Assembly: GCA_013239625.1 (NCBI GenBank)
Contig: MU053934.1
Location: 8,701,352-8,765,351 of the forward strand
Source: Lama guanicoe
Taxonomy: Eukaryota
Length of the DNA: 64,000 bases
Reading direction: 5' to 3'
The notes under the pieces are model-generated. The model saw only the letters and a list, made by a program, of their open reading frames with translations, had not been told where the DNA came from and did not search any database. The stretch's first letter is position 1. Each line of letters starts with the position of its first letter. The position numbers were made by a program, and so were the translations under genes. Below, piece after piece: positions 60,396-64,000 of this stretch.

Positions 60396-61566
60396 ACATC
60401 ATGAACGTTCACTTAATACCTGTTGAGCGAATGAGTGAATTGAGCCTGTGATGGCTCACCGGTTTTTGGCCTGCAAATCCTTTCCCTGTGTCGGCCATCC
60501 TTCAGTGAATGTACTGCAGCTTAACCACCAGGAGGCAGTTTGGGGGTGAAACCAGTGCCCCCTGCCGCTGGTTCTGTTCTCTGTGTGAGAGCAGAGGAGG
60601 CTGTACTCCTGGGTCATGAGGACAGACGAGGCCCGGCCGGACATCAAACAGGCCAGGCCCTTTCCCACTTCAGGGCCTTTGCACTTGCTGTTAGAGGCTC
60701 TCCAAGTTGGGCACCCCACCCATCCAGCCCCTCACAAGCCAGGCTTTCTGTTGCCCCATATCACCCCCGAATTGCTTCAGAGCAGCTACTCATCCGCAGT
60801 TGTTACATCCATTCGTGTACTGACTGCATCGCTCCTCACCAGAATCAAATCTCCACGAGTTCAGGGACCTGTTCTGTCTTGTCCCCACTGTGTCACCAAG
60901 GCCCAGGGCAGTACCTGGCTTACAGTCAGAGTCCAATAAATATTTGTCCAATGAATGAAACAACCAAGAGCTAATCATGTTGTGTAAACTTCACAGCACT
61001 TGTCCCTCCAGCTTGTTCATTTAGCTATGCGCTTGTCGGCCGGGGCCGCCCTGACTAGACGGCGCGCTCCACGAAGGCCGGCCCCGCTCCGGCTCGGTCC
61101 CTGCTGCACGCACAGCACCAGAGCAGACCTGGGCGCAGGGCCGGCCATGAATGAAGAGCTGCTGAACACTGGATGACTGTTGATGAAAACTTATCCTTTT
61201 ATCAAATTCCCCAAAATAAAATTGTCTCAACATCTTTTGCAGTGTGGCTTGATATCTCACACACACACACACACACACACACCTCTCATTAACCAGCACT
61301 ACAGATTTTGACAAATTGTTTAGTGCTTCTGGGCCAAAGGCATCATCTATACAAGGTGATTACACTACCCACCTTCTAAGGCTTCCACCAGCTCTAATCT
61401 CCTAATATTCTATATATTCTGCTTAACAGTACAAAGAGTTTAAACCATATCTTGTTCCCAGTATACTGACTTCAGTTCCTGGGCATCCCTACCCATGGGT
61501 GGATACGGGCATTTCCTGGGGAACTGGTGACACCCCTTGGTGTCAGGTTCCACAGAGATACTGGTA

Positions 61567-61670
61567 GGGGGAGGGTAGAGCTCAGTGGTAGAGCATGTGC
61601 TTAGCACGCACGAGATCCTGGATTCGATCTCCAGTACCTCCATTAAAAACAAACAAAGAAACAAACAAAC
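61567..61670 (+). mobile_element. tRNA-Ala-derived SINE (camelid vic-1-like)
   Basis: GGGGAGGGTAGAGCTCAGTGGTAGAGCATGTGCTTAGCACGCACGAGATCCTGGATTCGATCTCCAGTACCTCCA followed by an A-rich tail. Confidence 0.88.
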
Positions 61671-62164
61671 TCAGTACATCCACAGAAGTATTGCTGAAAG
61701 CCCCACAGCTCAGCCCTGGAGCCAGAAGCTCCACAGGGCGCCGAGTGGGGAAGATGGACACTGCCCTCAGTCTCTGCCACGGTGGAAGCCAGCTGGCCTA
61801 GATCAGTATCTGCTTACCACCTTCACGGGCACAGATGATTTCTCTGAGACCCTCCTGGTGACACAGCTGTTTTGCTGTGGTCCGGCTGGTTCCGCCCTGC
61901 AGCCAGTCACCGTATATAGGTCAATGGATCAGCTATGCGGCAACACAACCAGCTGCTAGGCAGGCTGAAAATACCAGCCTGGCCGGTAACCTTCAGTCTT
62001 TTTGTCTCAACCTGAAATCTAAAAGGTCCGCCCAATCCCTGCATGTCTGGGGAGCACCTACAGCACAACTGATGCCTCAGGCGTGGCCTTTGTTCTCCTG
62101 AACTCAACATCTAGCAGGGAGACAAAACAGGCATGAAAAGTTGCATTAAAATTCAAGAGTTTTT

Positions 62165-62196
<32 letters not shown>

Positions 62197-62656
62197 TATG
62201 CAAGAGTTTTTTTTTAAGTAAGAAAAAAATAGCTCAGTAGAAAAAGCAAAGACTTATGAGTAAATAGCTCCAGAAGAGGACGCTCAGGTGGCCAGTGCAC
62301 GTAGAAAAGAGATGCTCAACTTCACTGATAATTAAGGAATCTGCAAAGATGTGACATTAATCCGAGTGCAGACTGCTTAGTCTGAAAGCACCAGAGAATG
62401 TGGGGAACAGACACTGCAGGCCCGTAAACGGGCTCTGGGCAATGTGGGATCATGTCGCAGCTGCAGGTCTGAGTGCCCTCCAGTCCAGCAGTGCCACCCA
62501 CGAGGAGAGTGCACCTGCTCCCAAGGGACATGAGAAGGACGGTGACTGCAGCGCCATTCCCACGCTCCCAAGAAAAGAGGTCTGACTCTCTGAGGTGCAG
62601 TCCATCGCGTGGCGGAATACTGCAGAGCAGTTTGGACAAGTGGCCTGCGTCGCACG

Positions 62657-63383
62657 TGCGGGGAGCCACTCGTGACGGAGGGCTGCCGCGCACAAAACTT
62701 GGGCGTAAAACCCCAAAGTGCAGGGCGCCAGGCTCTGAGATTGAGGCTGCCGAGCACAAAGGTTGGGCCTAAACTCCCACAGTGCGGGGCGCCCGGCTCA
62801 AAGGTCAATTGAGTTAGAACAATCTCTGTCCCGCCACCCCTTTTACTAAAGAATACACCAGGTGCGCTAATGCCTAAGGCTATTAAGTCACAAAGGACTT
62901 TCAGAGGGAGAGATACGATCGGCACACAAATCAGTGATCTTTTTAGAGAACAATCACCTGAGTTAAATATATACGAGTCACGATGTTAGTTTATAGTTAC
63001 GATGTTAAGTTTAGAGAAACAATACCTAAGTTTATGACTTTGGTCTTATGATCCTGTTTGGGGAATAGTTGATCCGGGTTTATGGGAACAGTAAACAATA
63101 ATGATGTCTTTTAAGTTAATGATTTTAGTACATGTTGTTAATATACCCTAAAACAATACCGTTGCCTACGTGCAGGAATGTATGAGCTAATGGGTCAAAA
63201 TCATATAAATGAACTGCTGAAAATAAACTCGAGGTCCACTCTTGACCTAGCGTCTTGCGGGCTAGAGTGAGACCCTCTCAACCCCAACTTGTCTTGTCTT
63301 GCTGTCTCTTTGTTACGTCTTTCCTTTTCTCAGTCCTGCAGCACAGGTTTCTGGACCTGATCGATTGTCGGCTGGCACCGACA
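62657..63383 (+). mobile_element. Solo ERVK/betaretrovirus-like LTR (727 bp)
   Basis: Termini TGCGGGGAGCC...CACCGACA with a perfect 6-bp TSD CGCACG (62651-62656 / 63384-63389). TATAAA at 63204-63209 and AATAAA at 63222-63227. Interrupts an old L1. Confidence 0.9.
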
Positions 63384-63809
63384 CGCACGCATCCCATGGA
63401 CGGTCCTCTGAGCAAGCTCAGTGAAGAACGCAAGTTACAGAATGATGGGTAACAGGGAGACACCACTTTTGCCCAGCGTAAAACACATACACAGTGAATA
63501 TATTTTTTTCTGTTTTGTAGGTAAGTTCATTTGTGTCCTTTTTTTTTAATTGAAGTATAGTCAGTTCCAGTGTGTCAATTTCTTCAATGGCTATTGGGTG
63601 CATTTTGTGGATGCCTTCATTCGTAGCAGAGATACAAACAACCTGCCGGGGACTCTGTCAAGGGCAGAGGAGGAAAGGCGTGAGGGTAGAACTTTATGTC
63701 AATTATATTATTTTTCCTCAAAAGGCAGATAAATTAGAAAGAGGGCAGAGTGTCCACAGTGGGCGCTCCCTATGGGGGTATCTTTTTGTTATTTTTTTTG
63801 CCGGGGGCC

Positions 63810-63928
63810 GGAGGGAGGTAATTAGGTTTATTTACTTCTTTATTTATTTAGTGGAGGCACCGGGGACTGAACCCAGGCCCTCGTGGGAGCTAAGCACACG
63901 CGCCACCGCCGAGCTGTACCCTCCCCCC
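63810..63928 (-). mobile_element. tRNA-Ala-derived SINE (camelid vic-1-like)
   Basis: GGAGGTAATTAGGTTTATTTA...GGAGGCACCGGGGACTGAACCCAGGCCCTCGTG...CTAAGCAC...GAGCTGTACCCTCCCC. Confidence 0.88.
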
Positions 63929-64000
63929 ACTTCTGTTATTGTTCACGCTTTTCTGTACATTGTAAGAATTTCATAATGAAACACTTTTAAAATAAAGTAA

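Noticed and set aside
61567..61642. tRNA-Ala gene
   Set aside because: Stems are mismatched, there is an A-rich tail, and similar diverged copies occur elsewhere in the window, so it is a SINE.

Overview
This is mammalian genomic DNA, not prokaryotic. Five copies of a tRNA-Ala(AGC)-derived SINE resembling the camelid vic-1 family suggest a camelid (camel/alpaca/llama); this is an inference from memory of the family, not a database result. The window opens with a CpG-island promoter (~1-1330) whose gene I cannot identify. About 62 kb of GC-rich intergenic or intronic DNA follows, dense in repeats: L1 3' ends, L2, MIR, many MLT1/MaLR LTRs, hAT MITEs and three solo ERV LTRs. No protein-coding gene can be supported. 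The only ORFs with recognisable homology are L1 ORF2 C-terminal remnants, and the rest of the ORF track looks like GC-rich noise. I found no CRISPR, operon or other novel multi-gene system. The most noteworthy observations are: a perfect 152-bp tandem duplication in unique sequence; two L1 3' ends enclosed by a single 14-bp TSD; a MER41-like solo LTR with an intact STAT/GAS motif; a young ERVK-like solo LTR with an intact 6-bp TSD; an ERV1-type LTR with TATA, octamer and triple CCAAT pointing at the CpG island; a diverged ~175-bp duplication in the CpG island; a 33-bp minisatellite with a divergence gradient; and strongly AT-to-GC shifted old L1 copies. Repeat subfamily names are from recall, and repeat boundaries are approximate unless a TSD is given.
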